A stretch of DNA of 64,000 nt from Candidatus Sulfomarinibacteraceae bacterium. Its GTDB lineage: Bacteria > Acidobacteriota > Thermoanaerobaculia > Thermoanaerobaculales > Sulfomarinibacteraceae. The notes under the pieces were generated by a model that saw nothing but the letters and a program-made list of their open reading frames with translations, ran no database searches and was not told the origin of the DNA. Shown here piece by piece: positions 31,241 to 41,115 of this stretch. Position 1 is the stretch's first letter; each line of letters opens with the position of its first letter. A program made the position numbers and the translations under genes. The stretch covers positions 224,001 through 288,000 of the forward strand of contig CAWCLO010000004.1 in the NCBI GenBank assembly GCA_963796455.1. The letters run 5' to 3'.

Positions 31241-33358
31241 ATGGGAAAGACAGTCTTCAAGGTGGCGATTTGGTTTTTGGCTTATATGCTGATCGCGCCG
31301 GCGGTGGGAGCCGGGACCGAAGAATCAGAGAGCCCGGATTTCAAACAAGTCCTCAGTCTCGAATCATCCAGCGGCCCCCGCATCGCCCCCGATGGCGGCG
31401 ACGTGCTGTACTCGGTCAACACCGTCGACTGGGAAAACAACCGTTATGATTCCGAAATCTGGCTGTCGAGAAAGAGCGGCGAATCGTTCCAACTGACGCG
31501 AACGGATGACGGTCGGAGCAGCGGCGCCAGTTGGTCGCCGAACGGATCGTGGGTGGCGTTTTTGGCCGATCGAGGCACGGACACCCAGATCTGGCTGATT
31601 GCTCCGACGGGCGGAGAGGCGCGACCTCTGACAGCGGTCGAAGGCGGTGTCTCGGACTACCAATGGTCACCGGATGGTCGATTGATGGCGGTTTCGGTTA
31701 CCGAACCGCAATCTTCCGAGGACAAAAAACGTGAAGAAAAATTCGGCCAGTATTCGGTCGAAGACCGGGATTTTCGACTGACCCACCTCTGGGTCCTGGA
31801 TGTGCAAGCCGCGCTGGCTCAGGATAGTGGTGCCGAGCTGCCGGATGCCGAAACCGGGGAAGATGATGAAGGCGAAAAGATCGCGGAGGACCCGAAGCCT
31901 GATGAGGATTCAGAATCAAATGGTGAATCACCGTTTCGCCGCCTCACCGGCGGGAGCGACTTCACGGTTCGAAATTTTCGTTGGTCTCCCGACGGCAGCC
32001 GGATCGCCTTTGACCACACGCCCGATCCACGAGTCGAGAACCGCAATCAATCCGACCTGTCGTTGATCACGATCGCGGATGCCGAAGTGCATTCGCTGGT
32101 CGCCCGGCCGGGTCCGGACGGCGATCCCTATTGGTCGCCGGACGGCCGCTGGGTGTTGTTCTCCACCGGTGACGGTGACGCCTCGTATTTTTTGAATTCG
32201 GAGCTCGCCAGAGTCCTCGCCAATGGCGGCCAATCCGAGGTTCTCAGCGAGGCCTTTGACGAGGACGTGAGCGCAGTGGGATGGCTCGAGGACGGCATTC
32301 GTTTCATCGCCCTCGACCGGACGACCCGGAGGCTCTATCGCCTGGATCCGGAGAGCCGCCGGATCGATCTCGTCGACATCGAGGGATTGCCGCCGGTACT
32401 GTGGTCGGTGGATTTTTCGAAGGACGGAACTTCGATGGCCGTGCAGGGTGAAGGACCGGACACGCTCGACGAGATCTACCGCGTCGATGCCAACGGGGCT
32501 GCGGCAGCCCGCATTACGGAGATGACGCAGCAGACTGAGGGTTGGCCCACCGGAAGTCGGGAGGTCATTCAGTGGCCGAGCCGCGACGGCGCGATGATCG
32601 AGGGTGTGCTGCTCAAACCAGAAGACTTCGATCCGGAGGTCGAACATCCGTTGATGGTCATCATCCACGGCGGACCGTCGTGGTTGTCCTTTCCTTCGCC
32701 CGTCTACAGTTACGTCTACCCGGTTCAACAATGGCTGCAAAAAGGTGCCGTCGTTCTCATGCCCAACTACCGCGGCTCCGCGGGTTATGGTGAGACATTT
32801 CGATCGCTCAATGTTCGCAATCTCGGAGTCGGTGACGCCTGGGATGTGCTCTCGGGGGTGGACTTTCTGGTGGAAAAGGGCTTTGTTGACAACGATCGGG
32901 TGGCTTCAATGGGTTGGAGCCAGGGCGGTTATATTTCGGCCTTCCTGACCACGACCAGTGATCGATTCAAGGCGATCTCGGTGGGTGCGGGTATCTCGAA
33001 CTGGATGACCTATTACGTGAATACCGACATCCACCCTTTTACCCGCCATTACCTCGGGGGCACCCCCTGGGACGACCCGGAGGTCTATGCAAAGACCTCA
33101 CCCATGACCTTTATCACCGAAGCTTCGACACCGACCCTGATTCAACACGGCGAGTTCGACCGAAGGGTGCCGACCCCAAACGCATACGAGCTCTATCAGG
33201 GTCTGCAGGATGTGGGGGTGGATGTGGAACTCATCATCTACAAGGGCTTCGGCCACGGGATTTCCAAACCCAAAGAGCGGCTGGCTGCGGTGTGGCACAA
33301 CTGGCGATTCTTCGCCAAATGGATCTTTGATGAGGAGATCGAGATCCCGATCGAGTAG
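31241..33358 (+). CDS. S9 family peptidase
   Basis: WSPDG repeats, IHGGP, PNYRGS, GWSQGG, DRRV, GFGHG. Confidence 0.93.
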   Translation: MGKTVFKVAIWFLAYMLIAPAVGAGTEESESPDFKQVLSLESSSGPRIAPDGGDVLYSVNTVDWENNRYDSEIWLSRKSGESFQLTRTDDGRSSGASWSPNGSWVAFLADRGTDTQIWLIAPTGGEARPLTAVEGGVSDYQWSPDGRLMAVSVTEPQSSEDKKREEKFGQYSVEDRDFRLTHLWVLDVQAALAQDSGAELPDAETGEDDEGEKIAEDPKPDEDSESNGESPFRRLTGGSDFTVRNFRWSPDGSRIAFDHTPDPRVENRNQSDLSLITIADAEVHSLVARPGPDGDPYWSPDGRWVLFSTGDGDASYFLNSELARVLANGGQSEVLSEAFDEDVSAVGWLEDGIRFIALDRTTRRLYRLDPESRRIDLVDIEGLPPVLWSVDFSKDGTSMAVQGEGPDTLDEIYRVDANGAAAARITEMTQQTEGWPTGSREVIQWPSRDGAMIEGVLLKPEDFDPEVEHPLMVIIHGGPSWLSFPSPVYSYVYPVQQWLQKGAVVLMPNYRGSAGYGETFRSLNVRNLGVGDAWDVLSGVDFLVEKGFVDNDRVASMGWSQGGYISAFLTTTSDRFKAISVGAGISNWMTYYVNTDIHPFTRHYLGGTPWDDPEVYAKTSPMTFITEASTPTLIQHGEFDRRVPTPNAYELYQGLQDVGVDVELIIYKGFGHGISKPKERLAAVWHNWRFFAKWIFDEEIEIPIE

Positions 33359-33411
33359 GCCGGGAGTGTGACCTCCGGCACCGCTTCACGCCGGCAGGCG
33401 ATCCATCATGG

Positions 33412-34716
33412 ATGATGGACCGGATCATGAATGGACTGTTGCACGAGGGGGTCATTCGATTCGTCTTCGCTTTTGGCTTGGTCCCGTGGATGGGTGGAGT
33501 CTGCTTTGCCCAGGGCCCGTGTCCGGGCCTGGAGCCGCCTTCGGGGCCGATCGTCGAGGTTTCCCCTGATGATGCGGATGATCTTCGCGACGTCGTTGCC
33601 GGTGCCGCGGCAGGCACGACGATCCTCCTGGCCGATGGAATCTATGCGATGGATGGGGGCGACTATTCCCACCGGCTCCATTTCACGACACCCGGTGTCA
33701 CCCTGCGATCGGCAAGTGGGAATCGAGATGCGGTCATTCTCGATGGCGGTTATGTCACCGCCGAGCTGATCAGCATTCAGGCCTCGAACACGGTGATCGC
33801 CGATTTGACCGTGCAAAAGGCATTCGACCATCCGATCCACGTCAGCGGGCCCGGCACCTCGATCGAAGGCATCGTGATCCACAATGTGAGGATCGTGGAC
33901 CCCGGTCAGCAGGCGGTGAAAATCAACGCGGTGGAAGGTGGCACCGTCAACAACAGCGTCCTTCGGTGTTCACATATCGAGCTCACAAACTCCGGCCGGT
34001 CGATGATCCGAGACAACTGCTATACGGGTGGGCTCGACGCCCACGCGGCGACCGGATGGCGTATCTGGCGCAACAGAATCGAAGGCTTCTGGTGCGCTGA
34101 GGGGCTCTCCGAGCACGGTATCCATCTGTGGCGGCAATCGGCCGACACGCTGGTCGAAGAAAACGTGGTTGTCGACTGCGCGCGCGGCATCGGATTCGGG
34201 CTCGGTCCCGGTGCCGACGGCACCACCGGTGGGGTCATTCGAAATAATTTCATTGCCGCCGCGGATCCTGGCCTCTTCGCGTCTAGTGACGGTTTCGATT
34301 CGGGCATCGTCCTGTGGGGAGCGGAGGAAGCGGAGGTCTACCACAACACCATCGCCTCGACCCAGGCTCCGCGGGCCTCATCGATCGAGTGGCGTTTTAT
34401 CGACACCAATGTCACCATCGCCAACAATCTGATGACCGACCGGATGTGGGATCGCGGCGGCACGGTTGTGGCCTCGAGCAATATGGAATACGCCTCGACC
34501 GACCTGTTGATCGATGTGGCGGCGGGAAAACTCTATTTATCCGATCCAGTCTCGTCGCCGGTCGGTGCCGGGACTCAACTGGCGGCCGGTGTCTGTGACC
34601 GCGATATCGATGGCCAGCTTCGTGGTACTGCCCCAGATATCGGCGCCGACGAATACGGGTGGGGGATTTTTGTCGATGGGTTTGAAAGTGGGGACGATTC
34701 CTGGTGGTCCGACTGA
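33412..34716 (+). CDS. Secreted right-handed beta-helix protein with choice-of-anchor-Q-like region and C-terminal IFVDGFESG motif
   Basis: TILLADGIY, parallel beta-helix repeats, DIDGQLRG..PDIGADE; start uncertain. Confidence 0.75.
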   Translation: MMDRIMNGLLHEGVIRFVFAFGLVPWMGGVCFAQGPCPGLEPPSGPIVEVSPDDADDLRDVVAGAAAGTTILLADGIYAMDGGDYSHRLHFTTPGVTLRSASGNRDAVILDGGYVTAELISIQASNTVIADLTVQKAFDHPIHVSGPGTSIEGIVIHNVRIVDPGQQAVKINAVEGGTVNNSVLRCSHIELTNSGRSMIRDNCYTGGLDAHAATGWRIWRNRIEGFWCAEGLSEHGIHLWRQSADTLVEENVVVDCARGIGFGLGPGADGTTGGVIRNNFIAAADPGLFASSDGFDSGIVLWGAEEAEVYHNTIASTQAPRASSIEWRFIDTNVTIANNLMTDRMWDRGGTVVASSNMEYASTDLLIDVAAGKLYLSDPVSSPVGAGTQLAAGVCDRDIDGQLRGTAPDIGADEYGWGIFVDGFESGDDSWWSD

Positions 34717-34881
34717 CGCGGCAGATCGTCCAACTTGAGCCTTGCATTAAATCGCCATGTAACTACTTGCCAAGTATTGAATTAGACCAAGCCCCCGGTT
34801 GATATAATTGAGACAGTTCCGATTTTTGATTCCACAAACAGGCGAAAAAAGAGCGGTCGCTCTTCCGAAAAGGGGGTCATC

Positions 34882-35988
34882 ATGCGTGACGAGAAGGCTT
34901 CGAATTCAATCATGTGTTTTCTGGTTGTTGCGGTGGTGATTCTGGCATCGGCAACAGTTCGGCCGGTGGTGGCGGCGCTCGCACCGGATGACTGTATCGA
35001 TTTCGGGGATCTCGGGCTTGACTCAGCCTACGTTGTGCCGGGCGGGTTCACCACGGCGGGAACGACAGTCACAACCTCGGCATTTCAATTTTCCAACTTG
35101 AATTGGACCACAGCTGGATGGGCAGCCGTCCGGAATGCGAACGCTTCTGGCGGTACGGGTAAAGACCTGCAGGTCAACAACGTCACCTTGAACTTCGATT
35201 TTGGCCGTCCGGTTGAGGATTTGCGGCTGTTTTTTGGTGAATATGGCGGCAATGTCAATCTCACGATCAACGGTGCTTTCAACAATCTCGACGACTTCGA
35301 CGAACTCGATCAGCAAATGGTCGGTGGCACCCTGGTCGAGGTCGGTATCTCGCCGACCGGGCTTGGAATCATGGTCATCACCGGAACGATCAACTCCTTT
35401 TCGATCGGTGGACAGGAGCTGTGGATCGACGATATCTGCGAATCCGCGGAGCCGTCCGGGTGCATCGAGTTTGAGGATCTGCCGTATCCGCAGACCTATG
35501 AATACGGACAGTTCCTTGTCGATTCGGGTGTTGGGATGTGGCTTGACGAGTTCTTCTGGTTGCCCTCCGGGTCGACGACTGGCGGGACCTGTCCCGTCGC
35601 GGTCTCCCAGGCCTCGGGCGGCACCGGTCAGGATGTCTTTCCGAGCAACCTCAATTTGTTTTTCGGTCTTCCGGAAACGCTGGCGGAGATCACCTTGCTC
35701 TATGAGGACTACGGAGGCAACGTCAACCTCGTCGTCAACGACGATCTGGCGAATGTCGGAAACTTCACGGCTTTGCACAACACGATGGTCGGCGGCGCAG
35801 TCGTGACCCTGCAACCCGCAACTGGAACCGCCGGCCAGCTGACTGTGACTGGTTCAATCGAGTCCTTCGCAATCGGCGGCCAGGAGACATACATCGACCA
35901 TGTCTGCTATGTCCCTGTCGCCCTATGGAGCAATGGCTTCGAAACAGGAAATACCACTCCCTGGACGATGACTGTCGGTGGGCCCTGA
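34882..35988 (+). CDS. Secreted protein with two tandem ~150-aa domains and C-terminal LWSNGFETG motif
   Basis: Duplicated CI.F.DL...ASGGTG.D...YGGNVNL..N...SF.IGGQE..ID..C. Confidence 0.8.
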   Translation: MRDEKASNSIMCFLVVAVVILASATVRPVVAALAPDDCIDFGDLGLDSAYVVPGGFTTAGTTVTTSAFQFSNLNWTTAGWAAVRNANASGGTGKDLQVNNVTLNFDFGRPVEDLRLFFGEYGGNVNLTINGAFNNLDDFDELDQQMVGGTLVEVGISPTGLGIMVITGTINSFSIGGQELWIDDICESAEPSGCIEFEDLPYPQTYEYGQFLVDSGVGMWLDEFFWLPSGSTTGGTCPVAVSQASGGTGQDVFPSNLNLFFGLPETLAEITLLYEDYGGNVNLVVNDDLANVGNFTALHNTMVGGAVVTLQPATGTAGQLTVTGSIESFAIGGQETYIDHVCYVPVALWSNGFETGNTTPWTMTVGGP

Positions 35989-35995
35989 ATCAGGG

Positions 35996-36967
35996 TCAAA
36001 CGACTTTGAGTCTCCGGATAGTGGCCTTGAGTATTCCCGAGGCGGGGTAGTAGGAGTAGAGCTTGTAGCTCAGGAGCCCCGCGGTGTGGGGGACGGTCGA
36101 GGCACAGGTGCCGATGATCCTGACACCTCCGACTCTCCTGTCGAGATTGTCGTGGGTGTGGCCGTGCAGAATGGCCTTGACCTCGAAGGTGCTTGCCAGA
36201 AGGCGGAGGCCGACCCGGTCGACCCGGTCGAGTTGCAGTGCCGGTCGGAGCCAGAAGGGCCTCGGTTTCTCTCCCCTCCGTTTGGAGGTCGCGGAGCGCG
36301 GAATGTTTGGCGAGTGGTGGAGGGCGATCAGCTTGCACGGGATTTCAGGGTTTTCATTGAGCAATCGACCGAGACGGGCCAGCTGGTCGAAGGTGATCCG
36401 TCCGACCGCATTGTCGGCGATGTTGAAATTTCCTGCATTGACGCTATCGATCGAAAAGACACCGATTTGTTTGTTGGCAAAAAGCCGGAGATTTGGAAAC
36501 TCCGACGATTGCCCACCCGCCGTGAGACCTGCCTCGACGATGGCCAGTGACTCCACCTTTGCTTTGCTGCGCCTGAGGTCGAGACAGGCGGCGTCGTGGT
36601 TGCCTGCAAGGACGCAGATCTTCTGGCGGTCCAGACCGGCATCCGCGACCGCCCTCCAGAGATAATTCCAGGCGGCCAGTTCGCCGCGATCGCTGACATC
36701 GCCAGTGATCAGGACGAGATCCGCCTCCGTCACGGGGGCGTGGCGAAGGAGGCGGCACAGATTCACATTCATGTTGCGCGCACGATCCTCCTTGCGGCGA
36801 CCGCTCTCGGTGGCCGTGAGGTGCAGATCTGAAAGGTGGGCGATCCTCAGGTTTTTGCTCACGGGCGGGCTCCCTGGACGAGTGTATCGTTGCCGTATTT
36901 GATCACGGGCGGTCTTGGAGAGAGGCCCGTAACCTTGACTGCGTCCCAGTCTCATCGTAGAATCCAA
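35996..36967 (-). CDS. Calcineurin-like metallophosphoesterase (Icc/CpdA-like)
   Basis: SDLH, ITGDV, AGNHD, LHH, HGHTH; start uncertain. Confidence 0.88.
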   Translation of the reverse strand: MDSTMRLGRSQGYGPLSKTARDQIRQRYTRPGSPPVSKNLRIAHLSDLHLTATESGRRKEDRARNMNVNLCRLLRHAPVTEADLVLITGDVSDRGELAAWNYLWRAVADAGLDRQKICVLAGNHDAACLDLRRSKAKVESLAIVEAGLTAGGQSSEFPNLRLFANKQIGVFSIDSVNAGNFNIADNAVGRITFDQLARLGRLLNENPEIPCKLIALHHSPNIPRSATSKRRGEKPRPFWLRPALQLDRVDRVGLRLLASTFEVKAILHGHTHDNLDRRVGGVRIIGTCASTVPHTAGLLSYKLYSYYPASGILKATIRRLKVV

Positions 36968-36984
36968 GCAAAACGAGGTGAAAA

Positions 36985-38331
36985 ATGTTGTCAGGATCTC
37001 TCCGTCGTGTGTCGGCCGGGGCGTCAGCTCTTTGTGGGCTGCTCATTGCCATCGTGTGTTGGACGCCGTCGGCCTCGGCGCAGGAACCTGGTTTCAGGAT
37101 CTTTGGTGAGGTCAACATCAACTATCGGGACTCCGCTTTTGTCGAGGCCAGGGTGCCGGTTGATTTCCCTCCGAGTTTCTGGGAAGAGGGGGATGACGGC
37201 GTTTTTCTGAGGACGGTTGACCCGGGTTCCCACTACGAGCTGTCGGATGTGGAGATCGGGTTCGAGATGACCTTTTCCAAGATGTGGAGCGCCCAGATTC
37301 TGGTCCATGTCGAGGATCTCTACAACCGAAATCCGACGTCCATCGATGATCGAATCTTCGTGCGTGAGTTCTGGCTCCGTTATGGCACCGTGGATCGCCG
37401 ATTCCGGCCGCTCGAACCGTGGGGGGGATTTGTCCAACTTGGAAAGGCGCCTCGCTTTGCCAAGCAGATCATTCGAAATCTCGAGAGCTACGGTTTGTGG
37501 GGAACGGCGGTCAACCGTTTCGAAATTCCACAGATCCAGCTCGGTCTGAATCTGGGCGGCAACTTCTATGCCCGGGCTCAGTACGGCATTGCCGGCCCGC
37601 TTTTCATGCGTGACGTCAACGCATTGGCCGGAGACAACGGAACATTCGATCGGGTTCCGGGTGCCAATGCACCAAAGTACAACTCCGGATTCCCGATTCT
37701 CTACGACGCCCGGATCAAGAACTTCAGCCTCGACGGTGAATCAGAACTCGGTATCGGTTTCGGGTTCCGATCCGCCAGTGAAGACGGTGACTCTTCGATT
37801 GACGTGATGGCCTGGTACTACCAACGCACCTTGGCCGATGCTCCCGACATCGAAGGCACCTTCTATCAGGGGGATCTCGACCTCCTCGCCGGTGCGGGCC
37901 TGCCACTGCCTTATGAGGGTGACCGGAAATGGGAAGGGGGCCTCAATGTGGAGTGGCGTCTTGGCGGGTGGCTCGGATTCGCCCAGTTCGTCAAACAGGA
38001 CATCGCGTCCCTCGAGCGTCAGGGTTTCGAGATCGAAACCGCCTACAACTTCTCCATCACGCCGCTGTTTGCGGCCTGGGACCAGCCGGTGTTCAACTGG
38101 ATCCGACCGGCCGTGCGCTATTCCCAGATCGACAACGATTTCTCGGTTTCGGGACCGTTCATCACGCCGTCCATGTTCTGGGATTGGCAGAAGCTCGATA
38201 TCGGTCTCCGCGTGGGCATCGTCCGCGCCTCGGATCTCACCATCGAATACAGCAAAAACGACGCCAAGCTGACGAACGGTAAGGAACTCCACCCCAACGA
38301 GTGGTTGGTGACCCTGCGGATATTCTGGTAG
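36985..38331 (+). CDS. Outer-membrane porin-like protein
   Basis: Signal peptide, amphipathic strands, C-terminal aromatic (LRIFW). Confidence 0.7.
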   Translation: MLSGSLRRVSAGASALCGLLIAIVCWTPSASAQEPGFRIFGEVNINYRDSAFVEARVPVDFPPSFWEEGDDGVFLRTVDPGSHYELSDVEIGFEMTFSKMWSAQILVHVEDLYNRNPTSIDDRIFVREFWLRYGTVDRRFRPLEPWGGFVQLGKAPRFAKQIIRNLESYGLWGTAVNRFEIPQIQLGLNLGGNFYARAQYGIAGPLFMRDVNALAGDNGTFDRVPGANAPKYNSGFPILYDARIKNFSLDGESELGIGFGFRSASEDGDSSIDVMAWYYQRTLADAPDIEGTFYQGDLDLLAGAGLPLPYEGDRKWEGGLNVEWRLGGWLGFAQFVKQDIASLERQGFEIETAYNFSITPLFAAWDQPVFNWIRPAVRYSQIDNDFSVSGPFITPSMFWDWQKLDIGLRVGIVRASDLTIEYSKNDAKLTNGKELHPNEWLVTLRIFW

Positions 38332-38359
38332 CGCGCGACGATCCTTCGAAATTGCTATT

Positions 38360-38574
38360 CAGTGTTGTCCGAACCGAATCGTGATCTGAAGATGCCCGAT
38401 TGACACCACGAGGGTTCGGGGTTGGTTTTTGGCATATCCGGTTTGCGGTTGGGCCGTACCCGATCCCGATCCCGATCCCGAATTACAGCGGCAGCGACAG
38501 TGTCCAGCGACAGGGACAGGCAACAGCGACAGCGAACAGTGATCAGTGATCAGTGATCAGCGGCAGCGATCAGG
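38360..38574. mobile_element. Truncated inverted copy of the TIR-element family
   Basis: Starts CAGTGTTGTCC; reverse complement of the 990-1208 arm including GGTTGGTTTTTGGCATATCCGGTT. Confidence 0.75.
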
Positions 38575-38619
38575 TACATCCACCGCGGCCCATCGAAAGC
38601 GGTACTTTGTCGGCCGTGC

Positions 38620-38922
38620 CATAGATCCTTCGACTGCGGCGCCACCGGGTGGCGCCTCCGCTCAGGATGACATCAGGAGAGGACATTGCCTGGCGCCTCA
38701 GCTTTTTTGCAGGACATGAAAAGGTCTTTTCATTCTGTCCTAGTGGGCGGAGTTGAAACCGTTCCAAGAAAATATCGGTCGCACGAACGCCACGGCACCG
38801 GTAGGCCGTTCCAATATGTCATCCTGAGCAGAGCGCCTCGGGCGCGGAGTCGAAGGATCTGCGGCCGGGGCAGTCGGGTGTAGATCATTCAACCCGATAG
38901 CTCGTCCCCCTCGGTCAGGATG
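38620..38922. repeat. GTCATCCTGAG palindrome family: right half (38620-38674) and degenerate full copy (38816-38922)
   Basis: AGATCCTTCGACT...CGCTCAGGATGACATC and ATGTCATCCTGAGC...GTCGAAGGATCT. Confidence 0.8.
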
Positions 38923-38952
38923 GTTCGCCTTTGATTGGCCGAATTCGAGGGG

Positions 38953-41115
38953 TCACCACTCAGTGACAAGCACCTCACGTAGCCCGAGATAAACCGCATT
39001 GGCCGACGCCGGTCGTCGGCTCGGATCTTTGGCGAGACAACTCATTACGATGGTCTCGAGTTCAGCCGGGACATCGGCCCGGGCGGCTCGCATGGGTGGG
39101 GGAGGGGTCGTGAGCTGTTGCTGGATCATGGAACCCACGGTCTTGCCCGTGAAGGGCATGTGACCGGCGAACATTTCCCAAAGCATGATGCCCAGGCTGT
39201 AGATATCGCTCTGATTATCCGGGGTTTCGCCGCGGCACTGCTCGGGGCTCATATAGGCGGGTGTTCCCTCGACCATCTTCTTTTCACCATCGCCACTCGA
39301 AGTTTCGCCCCGCGAGATCCCGAAGTCCATCAGCTTCACGACACCATTCGGCAGGACCATGATGTTCTGAGGCTTGAGGTCGCGGTGGACGATGCCCTCG
39401 CGGTGGACCGCCTCGAGTCCCCGGCACATCTGTTTGGCGATCTGCAGACCGGGAGCGAAGCCGAGATTCTTGGTCTGCTTGAGAACCTTGAGCAGAGTGG
39501 TGCCCGGGACATATTCCATCGACAGACAGCGCATCCCGCCCGCTTCGACAAGATCATGGACCCGAATCACATTGCTGTGCGAAATACGGCGGGCGAGCCG
39601 GATCTCTCTCTTGAGTTTTGCCAGACCGTCGGTGGCGTCCTCGAAGGCGCCGGGTTTCAAGACCTTGAGGGCGACGTCTTCTTCGAGTTCGAGATCGGTT
39701 GCACGGTACACAACGCCCATGCCACCCCGTCCGAGCTCCGATCGGATCTTGTAGCGGGTACCAAAGGACTCGCCAAGTTCGGGGAGGCGAAGGTCCTCCA
39801 CCGAAGTGGATGCGGACTGTTCCGCGGCAGTCGATGAACCGGTGTCGGACGACCGCGCTTTGAGGTCCACCAACAACTGTTCGAGGGCCTCTTTTTCGCG
39901 CAGTTCGTCCACCATCTTCCGGAACGCGTCGGCCAGGACCCCGACTTCGCCGCTTCCTTCGGTGGGCAGTTCCACGTCGAGTCGGCCATCGCGAATGAAC
40001 TCCGCACCGGCGGCAAGGGCGCGCAAGGGGCCGGCTATGCGGCGGCCAAGGAGAAAAGAGATGGGCAGGGACAACAGCAACATCACGGCCCCGGCGATGA
40101 TCAATGCTCTGCGAATTGCGTAGAAGGAGGCCATTTCTTCGGCCCTCGACCGAGCGACCAGCAGCGCCGCAAAGACGTTGCCGTCGGAACTCTCGATCGG
40201 AACGCCGAGAATCACCCGTTCGCCGCCATGCATCTGGATTCGTTCAGGCCCGAAAACCAACCGTTCACCGACCAGTCGATCCACCGTGTCGGGTTGGTCA
40301 AATACCATTCGCGTGAGCATCTCGCCATCGATCCCGGGCGTCGATAGGCTGAGACTGAGTTGTGGATCTTCGCCGCGTTTGGCCATATCCACCACAACAG
40401 CGACCTCGCCTCGGGTGAGACCACGAAGCTGGGAGAGGGCCTCGCCATCGACGGGAAAGGTTACAGCAAGGACTCCCAACAGCTGTGCCCCATCGCCCTC
40501 GCCGGCAATCACAGGTGCCGCGGCCACCACGGCCAGGGTCTGCTTTTCGCGGATGAATGCAGTTGTGCCCTGTCGGCTGTCGAGGACCGAAGCGACCCAT
40601 CCCACCCCGGCGAATGCCTGGCCGACGCCGCTGCCGTCGGGTCGGTCGCTGCGCGCGAGCACGCGACTGTAACGATCGAAAAGGAAAAAGGTCTGGGCGT
40701 CCAAGAGCATCTGTGGGGCGTCTTCCGTGGCAAAACTCAACCGCGTCTGAAGATCGACCTGCTCGGCGAAGAGTGCCACCGTCCCCGGTTCGTTCGCCAA
40801 TGACCGGACCTGATCGAGCGCGCTGGTCATTTGGGTCGAAGCGTAACCAGCCCAAACCTCGGGGACTCTCGCGAGGTCGTCCTGAATGGTGCGTTCGGCG
40901 ACCTGCGAGGAGCGCCACGAGGCGACCGCAACCGTCAGCCCGAGAGTGACGACGAGCAGCAGAGCCGCGAGGAGGAAGAACTGAATCGCGAGACCGAGGC
41001 CCGCTTTGCGTGGCGGAGCCACCCCGGCAACTGTCCGCATGTGTTCCAGAGCAAGGGTGTCGACTGCGTCCTCACCCATCGCGCGGGTGTTATCAGTACC
41101 TGAAATCGTCGTCAT
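38953..41115 (-). CDS. Membrane Ser/Thr (Hanks) kinase with extracytoplasmic sensor and HAMP domain
   Basis: TM-sensor-TM-HAMP (GEVGVLADAFRKM); LGRGGMG, VALK, HRDLKPQN, DFG, GTPAYMSPEQ. Confidence 0.92.
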   Translation of the reverse strand: MTTISGTDNTRAMGEDAVDTLALEHMRTVAGVAPPRKAGLGLAIQFFLLAALLLVVTLGLTVAVASWRSSQVAERTIQDDLARVPEVWAGYASTQMTSALDQVRSLANEPGTVALFAEQVDLQTRLSFATEDAPQMLLDAQTFFLFDRYSRVLARSDRPDGSGVGQAFAGVGWVASVLDSRQGTTAFIREKQTLAVVAAAPVIAGEGDGAQLLGVLAVTFPVDGEALSQLRGLTRGEVAVVVDMAKRGEDPQLSLSLSTPGIDGEMLTRMVFDQPDTVDRLVGERLVFGPERIQMHGGERVILGVPIESSDGNVFAALLVARSRAEEMASFYAIRRALIIAGAVMLLLSLPISFLLGRRIAGPLRALAAGAEFIRDGRLDVELPTEGSGEVGVLADAFRKMVDELREKEALEQLLVDLKARSSDTGSSTAAEQSASTSVEDLRLPELGESFGTRYKIRSELGRGGMGVVYRATDLELEEDVALKVLKPGAFEDATDGLAKLKREIRLARRISHSNVIRVHDLVEAGGMRCLSMEYVPGTTLLKVLKQTKNLGFAPGLQIAKQMCRGLEAVHREGIVHRDLKPQNIMVLPNGVVKLMDFGISRGETSSGDGEKKMVEGTPAYMSPEQCRGETPDNQSDIYSLGIMLWEMFAGHMPFTGKTVGSMIQQQLTTPPPPMRAARADVPAELETIVMSCLAKDPSRRPASANAVYLGLREVLVTEW

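Noticed and set aside
38429..38447. Sigma-54 promoter (TTGGCAT...TTGC) in the TIR element arm
   Set aside because: GG-to-GC spacing is 12 nt in all three copies, not the required 10.
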